A stretch of DNA of 64,000 bases from contig JACRDK010000010.1 in NCBI GenBank assembly GCA_016218585.1, positions 4,974-68,973 of the forward strand. The letters run 5' to 3'. A program made the position numbers and the translations under genes. This document shows positions 45,075 to 55,296 of this stretch, in pieces. This DNA is from Candidatus Doudnabacteria bacterium (lineage in GTDB: Bacteria; Patescibacteriota; Doudnabacteria; UBA920). Within the stretch, counting starts at the first letter, position 1, and every line of letters begins with the position of its first letter. The notes under the pieces are model-generated. The model was not told where the DNA came from and did no database searches. It saw only the letters and a list, made by a program, of their open reading frames with translations.

Positions 45075-46826
45075 ATGAATAGTGAAACAGGAAAAAACTT
45101 AATAAATCATTTGTTGTCCAGCGCGCTTTCGGACTTAAAATTAACCTCCCATTTGGATAGTTTGGATATTAAGGTGCCAAATAGCGAGTTTGGGGATTAT
45201 TCTTCAAATGCGGCTTTGGTTTTGGCTAAAAAAGTTAAACAAAACCCGAAAGTTGTAGCAGCCAAGATTATTGAAGAAATAGCAAAAAACGAGTCTTTTA
45301 AAGACTTGGTAACAATGAAGGAACAGGGCGGGTTTATTAATTTTACTTTTACCCCAAAATATCTAACGGAAAATTTAAATAAAATTTTAGAACAAGGGGA
45401 TTTATACGGTTGTTCGGTTTCAGGCCAGGGTAAAACAGTGGTGGTGGAATATTTCCAGAATAATGTAGCAAAACCGCCGCATGTGGGGCATTTGCGCTCC
45501 GCGGTTATCGGCGACTGCTTGTTGCGAGTCTTAAAATCACAAGGATATAAGGCGGTTTCTGATACGCATATTGGCGATTGGGGGACGCAGTTTGGTATTT
45601 TGCTTTTTGCATATAAGGAATATTTAAAAAGCGGCGGAGATAAAAAACAAATTGAAGCTGATCCGATTTCCGAATTAAATAAGCTTTATGTCGGAATGTC
45701 TGCAAAAATTGAAAGCGAGCCGGAGCTGCGTGACCAAGGAAAAGAAGAATTCGCTAAATTGGAAAAAGGCGATACGGAAAATCGGGAATTGTGGCAGTGG
45801 TTTGTTCGCGTGTCTTTGGCGGACTTTGAAAATTATAGAAAAATTTTAGACATTTTACCGTTTGACCATAACTTGGGCGAGAGCTTTTACGAAGATAAAA
45901 TGCCGGCCATATTAGCCGACTTAAAGCAAAAAAATTTGCTTTCTGAGTCGGAAGGCGCTCAGGTGGTAAATTTAGAAGAACAAAAATTGGGAGTGGCTGT
46001 GCTGGTAAAGTCCGACGGGGCAACAACTTATTTGACCCGCGACGTCGCCACAATAAAATACAGAGTGGAAGAAATGAAACTGGAAAAAATGTTGTATGTG
46101 GTAGACAACCGACAGTCGCACCACTTTGATCAGTTGTTTGAAATTGCCAAACAGGCAAAATATGTGCCGGAAGCCCATACCGCTGAACATGTAGATTTTG
46201 GTTTTATGTCTTTGCCGGAAGGAGCAATTTCCACCCGCAAAGGAACAACCATTAGTTTAAAGAATTTAATAGAAGAAGCGCGCAAGCGGGCTGCGCAAAT
46301 TATTGAAGAAAAAAATCCGGGATTGGAAAATAAACAGGCAGTGGCGGAGCAAGTTGCACTGGCAGCAATAAAATATTTTGACTTGTCGCATAATCGGAAA
46401 ACGGAAATTATTTTTACTTGGGACAAGGCGCTTAGTTTTGAAGGAAACACCGGACCTTACTTGCAATATACTCACGCGAGAATTAATGGAATTCTACGCA
46501 AAGTTGTGAGTAGCGAATCCAGAGTTGAGAGCGAACTAGCAACTAGCAACTCGCAACTAGCAACTCCCGAGCTTGCTGTTTTGCGCAAACTGGTTTTATA
46601 TCCGGAGGTTGTGGCGCAGGTGGCAAAAGATTATTTGCCCAACGGTTTATGCAATTATTTGTTTGAACTTTCCCAAGAATTTAACTCATTCTACCAGGCG
46701 GTGCCGGTGGCGCAGGAACAAGATTTAAAGATTAGAGATTTTAGACTGCAGTTAATTACCGCCACGGCCCAGGTGTTAAGAAACGGCCTTTATCTTTTGG
46801 GAATTGAAGCTCCGGAAGAAATGTAA
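45075..46826 (+). CDS. argS: Arginine--tRNA ligase
   Basis: FGDYSSN, HVGHLRS, GDWGTQFG, GNTGPYLQY, LGIEAPEEM. Confidence 0.97.
   Translation: MNSETGKNLINHLLSSALSDLKLTSHLDSLDIKVPNSEFGDYSSNAALVLAKKVKQNPKVVAAKIIEEIAKNESFKDLVTMKEQGGFINFTFTPKYLTENLNKILEQGDLYGCSVSGQGKTVVVEYFQNNVAKPPHVGHLRSAVIGDCLLRVLKSQGYKAVSDTHIGDWGTQFGILLFAYKEYLKSGGDKKQIEADPISELNKLYVGMSAKIESEPELRDQGKEEFAKLEKGDTENRELWQWFVRVSLADFENYRKILDILPFDHNLGESFYEDKMPAILADLKQKNLLSESEGAQVVNLEEQKLGVAVLVKSDGATTYLTRDVATIKYRVEEMKLEKMLYVVDNRQSHHFDQLFEIAKQAKYVPEAHTAEHVDFGFMSLPEGAISTRKGTTISLKNLIEEARKRAAQIIEEKNPGLENKQAVAEQVALAAIKYFDLSHNRKTEIIFTWDKALSFEGNTGPYLQYTHARINGILRKVVSSESRVESELATSNSQLATPELAVLRKLVLYPEVVAQVAKDYLPNGLCNYLFELSQEFNSFYQAVPVAQEQDLKIRDFRLQLITATAQVLRNGLYLLGIEAPEEM
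46503..46566. repeat. Heptamer hairpin (GTTGxGA / TAGCAAC) in-frame inside argS
   Basis: Encodes VVSSESRVESELATSNSQLAT. Confidence 0.8.
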
Positions 46827-46942
46827 ATCGCGGATACGCAGATGGGGGCAGATAATACGGATAAAAAATCAAATTAGATATTATGTGCAGGCAAATTTAA
46901 AAACCCCTAAGGTTTAAACACATAACAGGTAAATTTAGGTTT

Positions 46943-47641
46943 ATGGAAAAATCGGTAAACGGAAGGGAGATTGAGCGTCCGCAGTTTTCTCTTAAGGATT
47001 TATTTAAATCTTTAAAAAAAGAAACACCATACGGTAGCTTGATTTCAGATCAAATAGAGAATGATGGCAATAAAATTTCCACCCCTTATAGTTTTAAAAC
47101 AACAGAATGGCTACAGGATCAACATTTGTTGCAGCAATTTCCAGAAATTCAAAAAGATCGGGATTATATAAAAGGCAGGCTATCTAGTTCTGTATTAGTA
47201 GACTTAGGTGGGGGTAGGTCGTTAATGAAAACAGTTGCTAAGTCTTACGGCAGCTTGGGGTATATAAACACCGACCTAAATTCTGAGAGCGATGAAGTTG
47301 TTGATCCATTTAGTAAGGAGGGTCAAGAAATTTTACTAAATGGTACTGACGAGTTTCGAAGTGTTTTAGTAAAAATGGATATGCTAGATTTCGTTTCGCG
47401 ATTGCCAGACAATTCTGTAAACTTTACCGCCAATGGCATTGACAATTTCATTATAGGAAGAGGAAAGTACAATAATGCGTTAGCAAAAGAAATTACTCGC
47501 ACTTTGAAGCCCGGAGGAATTATTTTTGGAAATGATATGAGTGCGATCGAAGATGAATTATGTGAGCTTTTAAACGAAGTTCCTAACTCCTTTCCTAGAA
47601 GAGTTCAAAGGCCCTATTTAAAAATTTTTGAGAAATTATAG
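46943..47641 (+). CDS. Putative class I SAM-dependent methyltransferase-fold protein
   Basis: VLVDLGGG, LPDNSV, RTLKPGG. Confidence 0.55.
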   Translation: MEKSVNGREIERPQFSLKDLFKSLKKETPYGSLISDQIENDGNKISTPYSFKTTEWLQDQHLLQQFPEIQKDRDYIKGRLSSSVLVDLGGGRSLMKTVAKSYGSLGYINTDLNSESDEVVDPFSKEGQEILLNGTDEFRSVLVKMDMLDFVSRLPDNSVNFTANGIDNFIIGRGKYNNALAKEITRTLKPGGIIFGNDMSAIEDELCELLNEVPNSFPRRVQRPYLKIFEKL

Positions 47642-47648
47642 TAATTTT

Positions 47649-50600
47649 ATGAATATCGAAGAAAAAAAACTACCTACGCCGCCGGCTGGCGGGCCGCCGA
47701 ATTTTAACGAACTGGAAAAAACAGTTTTAAAATTTTGGGACGACAATAAAATTTTTGAAAAATCTTTAGAGGCGACTAAGAATAATGAGCCGTACATTTT
47801 TTATGACGGGCCGCCTTTTGCTACTGGCTTGCCGCACTACGGGCATATTTTAGCTTCTACTATAAAAGACGCCATTCCGCGCTATCAGACAATGAAAGGG
47901 CATTTTGTCCGCCGCCGCTGGGGCTGGGATTGCCACGGTTTGCCCATTGAAAATATTGTTGAGCAGAATTTAAAAATTTCCGGAAAAAAACAAATTGAAG
48001 AATTGGGCGTGGAGCGCTTTAACAAAGTTTGCCGCGACAATGTTTTAAAGTTTGTGGAAGAATGGGGCAAGACCGTACACCGCATGGGCCGCTGGGTAAA
48101 TTTTGAAGATTCCTACAAAACCATGGATACCAGCTATATGGAATCGGTCTGGTGGGCCTTAAAACAAATTTGGGACAAGGGGTTGGTTTATGAAGACCGC
48201 AAGGTTTTGCTTTATTGCTCCCGCTGCGAAACCCCTATTTCCAATTTTGAAGTAGCAATGGACAACAGCTATAGAGACGTAACCGAAGAATCGGTTTACG
48301 CCAAGTTTAAGCTGCTCCCGCGCCAAAGAATTGTAAACGATTTAACCAACGACAAAACTTACTGCTTAGCCTGGACTACCACGCCCTGGACGCTGCCCGG
48401 CAACACCTCCTTGAATATTGGCCCGCAAATTACTTACGTAATGATAGAACAGGAAAATGGAGAGCGCTATATTTTGGCTAAAGACCGCCTTTCGGTAATT
48501 GACGGCGCGTATGAAAGCATTGCGGAATTTCCGGCCCGCGCTTTGGAAGGGTTGTCTTATGAACCTCTTTATCCCGGAGTAATTACCGATCCGAACAATA
48601 AAGCCCACAGAATTTATTCCGCGGAGTTTGTTACTACTGAAGATGGAACCGGAATCGTCCATAACGCCGCTATGTACGGCGAGGACGACTATAAACTCGC
48701 TAAAGACAAAGGGCTTCCCCGGGTAGATATGCTTGACCATAAGGGCCAGTACTTAGAAATAGCGCCGGAAAATTTGCGCGGCGTGTTCTTTAAGGACGCG
48801 GACAAAATTATTTTAAAGGAACTCGCGGAAGCCGGAAAAATTTATAAAACTCAGAGTTATATGCACTCTTACCCGCATTGCTATCGCTGCGGGACGCCGT
48901 TGTTTTATAATGCTTTGCCGGCCTGGTTTATTAATATTCAAAAAGTAAAAGGCGATTTAATAAAGAACAACCAAAATATTAATTGGTACCCGGAGCACTT
49001 AAAAGAAGGGCGTTTTGGCAAGAGTATGGAGCAGGCGCCGGACTGGAATATTTCTCGCAATCGCTATTGGGCTACGGCTTTGCCGTTTTGGAAATGTGAA
49101 TCGTCCGAATGTGGTCATGTTACTTGTATTGGCTCAATTAAAGAGCTGCGTGATAATTCAACAAATTTTGCGGAAGTATACCCGGACGCTGAATCAAGAA
49201 TCAAGAATCAAGAATCAAGCGATGCAAACCTTAATTCTCAATTCATAATTCATAATTCCGATCCTGATCTTCATCGCCCATACATTGACCGCATAAAATT
49301 AAAATGCGAAAAGTGCGGCTCGGCTATGAACCGCGTGCCGGAAGTGGTGGATTGCTGGGTAGAATCCGCTTCTATGCCTTTTGCCGAACTTCACTATCCA
49401 TTTGAACATAACGCGGAAGGACGCGGAACTACTGCAATCGCGGAAGGGCCCGGAAAGGATCCGGAAGATTTCAAAAATCGTTTTCCTGCGGATTTTGTGG
49501 CGGAATACATTGCCCAGACCCGCGCTTGGTTTTACGTTATGCACGTAGTCTCCACCACTATATTCGAAACAGCGCCGTTTAAAAATGTTGTTACAACCGG
49601 AAATATTTTGGCCGAGGACGGCAGCAAAATGTCCAAGAGCAAAAATAATTTCCCCGACCCATGGATACTAATTGAAAAATATGGCATAGATGCCATCCGT
49701 TTTTATTTGCTAACCACGCCGGTTATGAACGGCGATGATTTAAGTTTTTCGGAAAAAGGAGTTTCTGAAACTAGCCGCAAAGTTAACTTGCTGTTCTACA
49801 ATGTCTGGAGTTTTTACCGCATGTACACGAAAGAGACGATTGGTTCTCAAATTCCAAGCTCTGAAAACATTTTAGACAGATGGATCCTTTCGGCGCTGGC
49901 CGGTTTGCAGGCGGAAGTTACAAAGCAAATGGATGCTTACAACACCGTTCGCGCAGGGAAGGCGATGGTAGATTTTATCAATGACCTGTCTACCTGGTAT
50001 TTGCGCCGCAGCCGCGACCGAATAAAGCAGCCTGAAACCGCCAAAGAAGCTTTAAATACTTTGGGTTTTGTTTTGGCGGAAACCGCAAAACTGCTCGCTC
50101 CGTTTATGCCATTTTTGTCCGACTTTATTTATAAAGATATAACCGGCCAAGAATCGGTGCATTTAGCGCAATGGTCTGGCGGTTATAATCAGCTAGTAAA
50201 TCCGGCTATTGAAGCGGGGATGCAGACCGTAAGAGAAATTGTTTCTTTGGGTCTTGCCGTAAGAAAAGATAAAGCTATGCCTGTAAGGCAGCCTTTGCGC
50301 GCCGCCGCTTTTAAGCTAAAAAGCGGGTCGGTTGAATTGGCTCCTGAATTTATGCAGCTGATTTTAGAAGAGTTGAATGTTAAAAAAATTGATATTGAAT
50401 TATTAGATAAAGATTTGCGCCCCCAAGGCACGGTAGTGGTGCCAGGCAGCAATGCTATTGATAATTTCTATTTAGATTTAAATTTAAATGCCGAACTTAA
50501 AGCGGAAGGAGTTGCCAGAGAACTGGAACGCCAGGTGCAGGATTTAAGGAAAAAAAGCGGGCTAAAAGTAGGCGAGCTGGTGGATTTATATTACAACACC

Positions 50601-50756
50601 CAGGATTCAAAGCTGGAAGAACCGCTGTTAAAATTACTTGACCGCAAGAAAACTTTTGTAAACCAAATTGCCAAGAGCTTTGAAATAGAAGTGGACTTTG
50701 AAGTGCAGGCTAAGGTTGAGGGCCAGGCGCTGTGGCTCGGGATAATCAAAATATAA
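47649..50756 (+). CDS. ileS: Isoleucine--tRNA ligase (type 2)
   Basis: DGPPFATGLPHYGH, GWDCHGLP, WTTTPWTLP, DWNISRNRYW, KMSKS. Confidence 0.97.
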   Translation: MNIEEKKLPTPPAGGPPNFNELEKTVLKFWDDNKIFEKSLEATKNNEPYIFYDGPPFATGLPHYGHILASTIKDAIPRYQTMKGHFVRRRWGWDCHGLPIENIVEQNLKISGKKQIEELGVERFNKVCRDNVLKFVEEWGKTVHRMGRWVNFEDSYKTMDTSYMESVWWALKQIWDKGLVYEDRKVLLYCSRCETPISNFEVAMDNSYRDVTEESVYAKFKLLPRQRIVNDLTNDKTYCLAWTTTPWTLPGNTSLNIGPQITYVMIEQENGERYILAKDRLSVIDGAYESIAEFPARALEGLSYEPLYPGVITDPNNKAHRIYSAEFVTTEDGTGIVHNAAMYGEDDYKLAKDKGLPRVDMLDHKGQYLEIAPENLRGVFFKDADKIILKELAEAGKIYKTQSYMHSYPHCYRCGTPLFYNALPAWFINIQKVKGDLIKNNQNINWYPEHLKEGRFGKSMEQAPDWNISRNRYWATALPFWKCESSECGHVTCIGSIKELRDNSTNFAEVYPDAESRIKNQESSDANLNSQFIIHNSDPDLHRPYIDRIKLKCEKCGSAMNRVPEVVDCWVESASMPFAELHYPFEHNAEGRGTTAIAEGPGKDPEDFKNRFPADFVAEYIAQTRAWFYVMHVVSTTIFETAPFKNVVTTGNILAEDGSKMSKSKNNFPDPWILIEKYGIDAIRFYLLTTPVMNGDDLSFSEKGVSETSRKVNLLFYNVWSFYRMYTKETIGSQIPSSENILDRWILSALAGLQAEVTKQMDAYNTVRAGKAMVDFINDLSTWYLRRSRDRIKQPETAKEALNTLGFVLAETAKLLAPFMPFLSDFIYKDITGQESVHLAQWSGGYNQLVNPAIEAGMQTVREIVSLGLAVRKDKAMPVRQPLRAAAFKLKSGSVELAPEFMQLILEELNVKKIDIELLDKDLRPQGTVVVPGSNAIDNFYLDLNLNAELKAEGVARELERQVQDLRKKSGLKVGELVDLYYNTQDSKLEEPLLKLLDRKKTFVNQIAKSFEIEVDFEVQAKVEGQALWLGIIKI
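49191..49258. repeat. Heptamer hairpin (GAATCAA / TTCATAA) in-frame inside ileS
   Basis: Encodes ESRIKNQESSDANLNSQFIIHNS. Confidence 0.8.
49411..49466. repeat. CGCGGAA/CCGGAA unit tract in-frame inside ileS
   Basis: Encodes AEGRGTTAIAEGPGKDPE just after HYPFE. Confidence 0.65.
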
Positions 50757-50850
50757 TCCGAATGCTACGAATATTGCAATCCTAATTATCCAAAAAAGGG
50801 CTGCAGTTAAATTTCGGAGTATTTTGATAATAATTCGGAGCATTAGGATT
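50755..50850. repeat. TCCGAAT-family inverted-repeat element
   Basis: AATCCGAATGCTACGAAT ... ATTCGGAGCATTAGGATT. Confidence 0.75.
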
Positions 50851-50852
50851 AT

Positions 50853-51581
50853 ATGTCCAGAGAAATAAAATACAAAGCTATTATTTTAAAAAAACAGCCG
50901 CTCGGCGAAGGCGATGAAATAATAACTTTTTACAGCAAAGAACAGGGAAAAATTCGAGGCTTGGCCAAATCGGTTAAGTCTGCAAAGTCTAAGTTGCAAC
51001 AGAGTTTGCAGGCTTTGTTTTTGGTTGATTTGGAACTTGCCGGGCGCGGCGGTTTGCCAAAAATTATCGGCGCCCAGCCGGTGAAGGTTTTTATGAATTT
51101 GCGGGAAAATCTGGAAGCTTTAAAAACCGCTTTTGTGGCCGCCGAACTTATTTTAAAGTTTGCTCCCGATGAAGAAAAAAATGAGCGGTTATTTGAAATG
51201 CTTGAGATTTTTTTGGAATTTTTAAACTCCGCCCCAACTAATGAGCAAATGAACTTAGGCTTGGCTAAATTTAAGCTGGCTATTTTAACAGTTTCCGGTT
51301 TTTCCATAATTGCCCCAAAAACAGTTTCAGAGAGCGCCGGGTTATTTTTTTCCGCTGAGAACGGCGGTTTTGTTTCCGGTTTTTCCGGGCGGCCGGTTAA
51401 ACCTTCGGTCTTGCAGCTCTATTTAAATTTAAAACAAATTAGTTTGAAAAATTTGCCTGAAGTAAGTTTTCAACCTTTGGATTTAGCCGAGCTTCAGCAT
51501 ATGCTTTCGGAATTTATTGAATATCAACTGGAACGCCATTTGAAATCGGAAAAGTATTTAAACGCTAAAGACGTGGTATAA
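50853..51581 (+). CDS. recO: DNA repair protein RecO
   Basis: AIILKK...GEGD.IITFYS...GKIRGLAK; C-terminal LERHLKS. Confidence 0.9.
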   Translation: MSREIKYKAIILKKQPLGEGDEIITFYSKEQGKIRGLAKSVKSAKSKLQQSLQALFLVDLELAGRGGLPKIIGAQPVKVFMNLRENLEALKTAFVAAELILKFAPDEEKNERLFEMLEIFLEFLNSAPTNEQMNLGLAKFKLAILTVSGFSIIAPKTVSESAGLFFSAENGGFVSGFSGRPVKPSVLQLYLNLKQISLKNLPEVSFQPLDLAELQHMLSEFIEYQLERHLKSEKYLNAKDVV

Positions 51582-51639
51582 TTTAATAGAAAGCATTTAG
51601 TAGATAGCATATAGAATTTAGAATTAAGAAAGTTTATTT

Positions 51640-53487
51640 ATGGATAACGAACAAATTCCCGGAGACAAACCGCAGGCTGATAATGCGGGTTTTGTAAAAA
51701 AGGCCGTGGAGACGCCAATTTTTGACTCTGCCTTAAGGCAGAAAATTAACAGTTCGCCGGCTGAGACCGGTGGCTGGTCAGGGTTCTACCGGTCAAATAA
51801 ATATTATTTTCTGGCAATTATTGTGGGTTCCATTACTATTGCCGTTCTTGCCTATTTTGCTTTTAAAAAACCTGCCGCAGTTGTTCCAAAAGAGGCAAAT
51901 GTTGCAATAAATATTAGCGTTCCGGATACAGTGCCAAGCGGCAGCGAGGCAATTTACAATATAACCGTACAGAATAATGACAGCCAAAAACTGGTTAATG
52001 CGGAGTTGGAGCTGGTTTATCCGGAAGGAATTACTTATGTTAGCAGCGTGCCGGAAGCGGAAGGCATAACCGGCACAAGATTTGTGGTTCCGGATTTAGT
52101 GCCCGGGCAAAATGCCGCGTTAATAATCAAAACAAAACTTAGCGGCAGCGTTAATGAAAACAAGACTTTGGATGTTAAATTGCATTATCGTTTAGGCAAT
52201 TTTAATTCCGATTTTGTAAAAGACCAAACTGTCACAGTTCGCACGGTTGCGGCCGAAGTATTGGTGGAATTGCAGGGGCCGAAAGATGCCAATAATGCCC
52301 AGCTTATTGTGTATACGGTAAAGTATCAAAATAATTCAGAGAACGACATTAGCAACGCCAGGATAAAATTAACTTATCCGGACGGTTATGCTTTTGCCTC
52401 CGGCAACCCGGCTCCGGATATCGGTTCCGACACCTGGAATATTGGAACTCTGGCCAAAGGGGCGAGCGGGCAGATTCAAATTCAGGGCAGTTTTAATTCG
52501 GTTAATTCAGGCGAATCTAAAACAGCCACAGCCGACTTTTTAGTGTTAGACAGCAATGGCCAGCCGCAAATTCAAAATTCTTCCACTTTCACCACGGCAA
52601 TTGCTAATTTGCCTTTATTAGTTACCCAGGAAATCCAGCCAAATAATAATTCCATTATTAAACCGGGCAGTACAGTTACTTTTAATATTCGTTATCAGAA
52701 TAATGCCAGCACTGCGGCTACCGGTGTTAATGTTGTGGTAACTTTAGATTCCAAAGTTCTTAATTTAGCCAGCCTCAAAGCAGAAAGCGGGCAAATTAAC
52801 AATAATACAATTGTTTGGAACGCCGCCAATGTTCCTAATTTGGAGAATTTGGCTCCAAATGAATCCGGACAGCTGTCATTTAGCGTTCAGGTAAACAGCC
52901 CCGCGGTAAAAGATTCCTCCAAAAATTTAACGGTTGTTTCTAATATTAAAATTAAATCCAACGAATACGAAAACTTTTTCCCCGGCGGCACGCTTACTTT
53001 AAAAGTCTCCAGTCCGTCCAGTATTTCTTCGGATTTGTCTTTTGTCTCCGGACAATTGCCGCCGCAAGTAGGCAAAACCAGCATTTATAAAGTTAAGCTA
53101 TCACTGCTTAACTCTACTAACGATTATTCCAATGGCGTTTTAACAGCCTTTTTGCCGCTTGGCCCGGGAGCTATGGTTTCCGGCAGCGTTACCCCCGGCG
53201 AAGCCAATAATGTGCAGTATGACTCCAGTACCGGCAAGCTAACCTGGAATGTTGGGGCGCTGCCTGCTAACACCGGCAGATTCAGCCAGCCAAAATCTTT
53301 GGAGTTTCAAATAAAGCTGGCTCCGGCTGCGGCTCAGGCCAGCTCTGCTCCGACCCTGGTTAAAACCATAAACTATACCGCAACCGACACCTTTACCGGA
53401 GAAAATATTTCTTTGTCCACTGACAATATTACCACTAATGACTTGTCGGGCAGCGACAACTACGGCAAGGGGATAGTACAGCAGTAG
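51640..53487 (+). CDS. Membrane-anchored DUF11/Ig-repeat protein
   Basis: One TM; repeated Y.I...N...WNIG.L..G modules. Confidence 0.8.
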   Translation: MDNEQIPGDKPQADNAGFVKKAVETPIFDSALRQKINSSPAETGGWSGFYRSNKYYFLAIIVGSITIAVLAYFAFKKPAAVVPKEANVAINISVPDTVPSGSEAIYNITVQNNDSQKLVNAELELVYPEGITYVSSVPEAEGITGTRFVVPDLVPGQNAALIIKTKLSGSVNENKTLDVKLHYRLGNFNSDFVKDQTVTVRTVAAEVLVELQGPKDANNAQLIVYTVKYQNNSENDISNARIKLTYPDGYAFASGNPAPDIGSDTWNIGTLAKGASGQIQIQGSFNSVNSGESKTATADFLVLDSNGQPQIQNSSTFTTAIANLPLLVTQEIQPNNNSIIKPGSTVTFNIRYQNNASTAATGVNVVVTLDSKVLNLASLKAESGQINNNTIVWNAANVPNLENLAPNESGQLSFSVQVNSPAVKDSSKNLTVVSNIKIKSNEYENFFPGGTLTLKVSSPSSISSDLSFVSGQLPPQVGKTSIYKVKLSLLNSTNDYSNGVLTAFLPLGPGAMVSGSVTPGEANNVQYDSSTGKLTWNVGALPANTGRFSQPKSLEFQIKLAPAAAQASSAPTLVKTINYTATDTFTGENISLSTDNITTNDLSGSDNYGKGIVQQ

Positions 53488-53615
53488 GGAACTAGGGAGT
53501 TGTTGGTAGTGAGTAGTTTGTAGTTAGTATAGTAGTCTAGCCTTATTAAAATACCCGCTCCGATTCATCGGAGCGGGTATTTGTTTTGCGTAATTCTTGA
53601 TTCGTCGTATGAGTT

Positions 53616-54965
53616 CTATTGATAAATATATCCACGGATGCTGGCATCGTGAATGGAGAGCCAGCGCTGGCTGGTTTTATTAAAGCCAACATAGTTCATT
53701 TCTGAAATTAAGATCTTGCCGTCTTCCACTTTTTCAACATAAGCCACGTGGCCGTAAAGCCTCATGCTGCGGGAGGCATTGCCGGTCATAACTACCGCTG
53801 TTCGCGGGGCTGCTTCCTGGCTTACTACATAGCCGGAGGCTTTAGCATTGGCCAGCCAGTTTTTGGCGTTGCCGCCAAAAGTAATTTTCATTCTTGAGGC
53901 AACATAGTAAGTGCAATATCCTTTAGGGAAAATGTGGTTAACGCCGTCGTAGCCGTCGCCCAGGCTGGTAACCTGGTCTATGCCTGCATTTGGGTTGACT
54001 GTGGTGTTGTTTTTTGGCTTTGTCGGGGTAACTTTGGGCGCCGGAGGAAGGACGATTTGTCCGCCGGGGACAATTATTACGTCTCCCGGGTTAATGTCTT
54101 CCGCGCCGTCTAAAGCGTTATAAGAAATAATTTTTTGCAAAAGGGCGTCTGCCGAATTTTCGCGGATTGTGGCATTGGTGTTGTATTTTTCCGGGTTGTA
54201 AGCGTGAGCAATGTCCGGCAGGGTGTCGTTAGCGGTGGCTTTAACCAAAACGCCGTCTGTGGGCAAAATAATAAGCTGCCAGCCCGGTTTAATTTCCGGG
54301 GCGGTCAGCTTGTTGGCGGACATTATGGTTTGTTGGCTAATGCCAAAATTTTGCGCAATGTTTTTTAAGGTATCACCCTTTTGAGTTTGATAAATTTTAA
54401 CCTGTTTGGCAATTAAGCTCTGGACGCTGTCCGGGTTTGGCGCCAAAATTGTAGACTCGTCGCCTAAGACAATGTCCTGGTGATCGGTAGAAGTTGTTTG
54501 GTTGGAAAGACCCTGGCTGTCCAGTCCCGAGAAATCTTCAGCCATAGCCTGGGGGACAAAACCATTTTTAGAGACCACAGTAACAATGCTGCTGTTTTTA
54601 GCGGCAAGTTTTTGGTTCAAATGAGTATGATGGCTTAAAAAAGTGCTGGCCAGGCTCTGGTCCTGGAAGTTTTTGCCGCTGTTGCTGGAAAAGAACATTA
54701 AATTCATGCCGGCAACTAAAAGACCCAGCAGTAAAACCATGATTTCACTGGAAAATTTCAACACAAAATCCATCCAATCCATTCTTTTTATATGGATGGC
54801 CGGAAAGCTGTCTAAATGTATTTTTTTTAAGCCCGGAGCTCTTTTTTTAATTTGGAAAAAAAGTCTCCTAGAATAATATTGGGCTATGAAGGCTAAGCGG
54901 GAATAGGTGGTTTTTATTCTCTCTAGCCAGGATTTGATGTCTTGAATATTAGTCCCTTTTATCAT
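53616..54965 (-). CDS. LysM + CHAP peptidoglycan hydrolase
   Basis: YQTQKGDTL..IA LysM; GYCTYYVA, GNAKNW, YGHVAYVE, ISEMNY. Confidence 0.9.
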   Translation of the reverse strand: MIKGTNIQDIKSWLERIKTTYSRLAFIAQYYSRRLFFQIKKRAPGLKKIHLDSFPAIHIKRMDWMDFVLKFSSEIMVLLLGLLVAGMNLMFFSSNSGKNFQDQSLASTFLSHHTHLNQKLAAKNSSIVTVVSKNGFVPQAMAEDFSGLDSQGLSNQTTSTDHQDIVLGDESTILAPNPDSVQSLIAKQVKIYQTQKGDTLKNIAQNFGISQQTIMSANKLTAPEIKPGWQLIILPTDGVLVKATANDTLPDIAHAYNPEKYNTNATIRENSADALLQKIISYNALDGAEDINPGDVIIVPGGQIVLPPAPKVTPTKPKNNTTVNPNAGIDQVTSLGDGYDGVNHIFPKGYCTYYVASRMKITFGGNAKNWLANAKASGYVVSQEAAPRTAVVMTGNASRSMRLYGHVAYVEKVEDGKILISEMNYVGFNKTSQRWLSIHDASIRGYIYQ

Positions 54966-55296
54966 TGCCAGGGTCAGAATTTAGCCGACAAGCCCTAGAA
55001 ATGATAATAAATATTTACAGAATTTTGGAGTTGCCGGAAGAGGGGAAAAAGTTTAGCGCCGGAGAAAACAGCTACTGTCTTTTGGGCTAAAAATTTAAAA
55101 TTGCTATAAATATTCTTAATTTGTTAACACTAATTTCCTATCGCTAATTTTACCATTGCAGGGGTCAGGTAGCAAGGTTTTAATCCACAACCAGCCAATT
55201 TAGCTCTTATTTAAGAGGGCTTAAAATCTTTATGGCTTAAATAAGGATAAACTTAGCCATTAGATAGGACAATGCATTTCGTGGTAAAATTAGTTA

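Noticed and set aside
54966-55296. c-di-AMP (ydaO) riboswitch upstream of the LysM-CHAP gene
   Set aside because: Conserved GCTGAA/GGGGA elements not found
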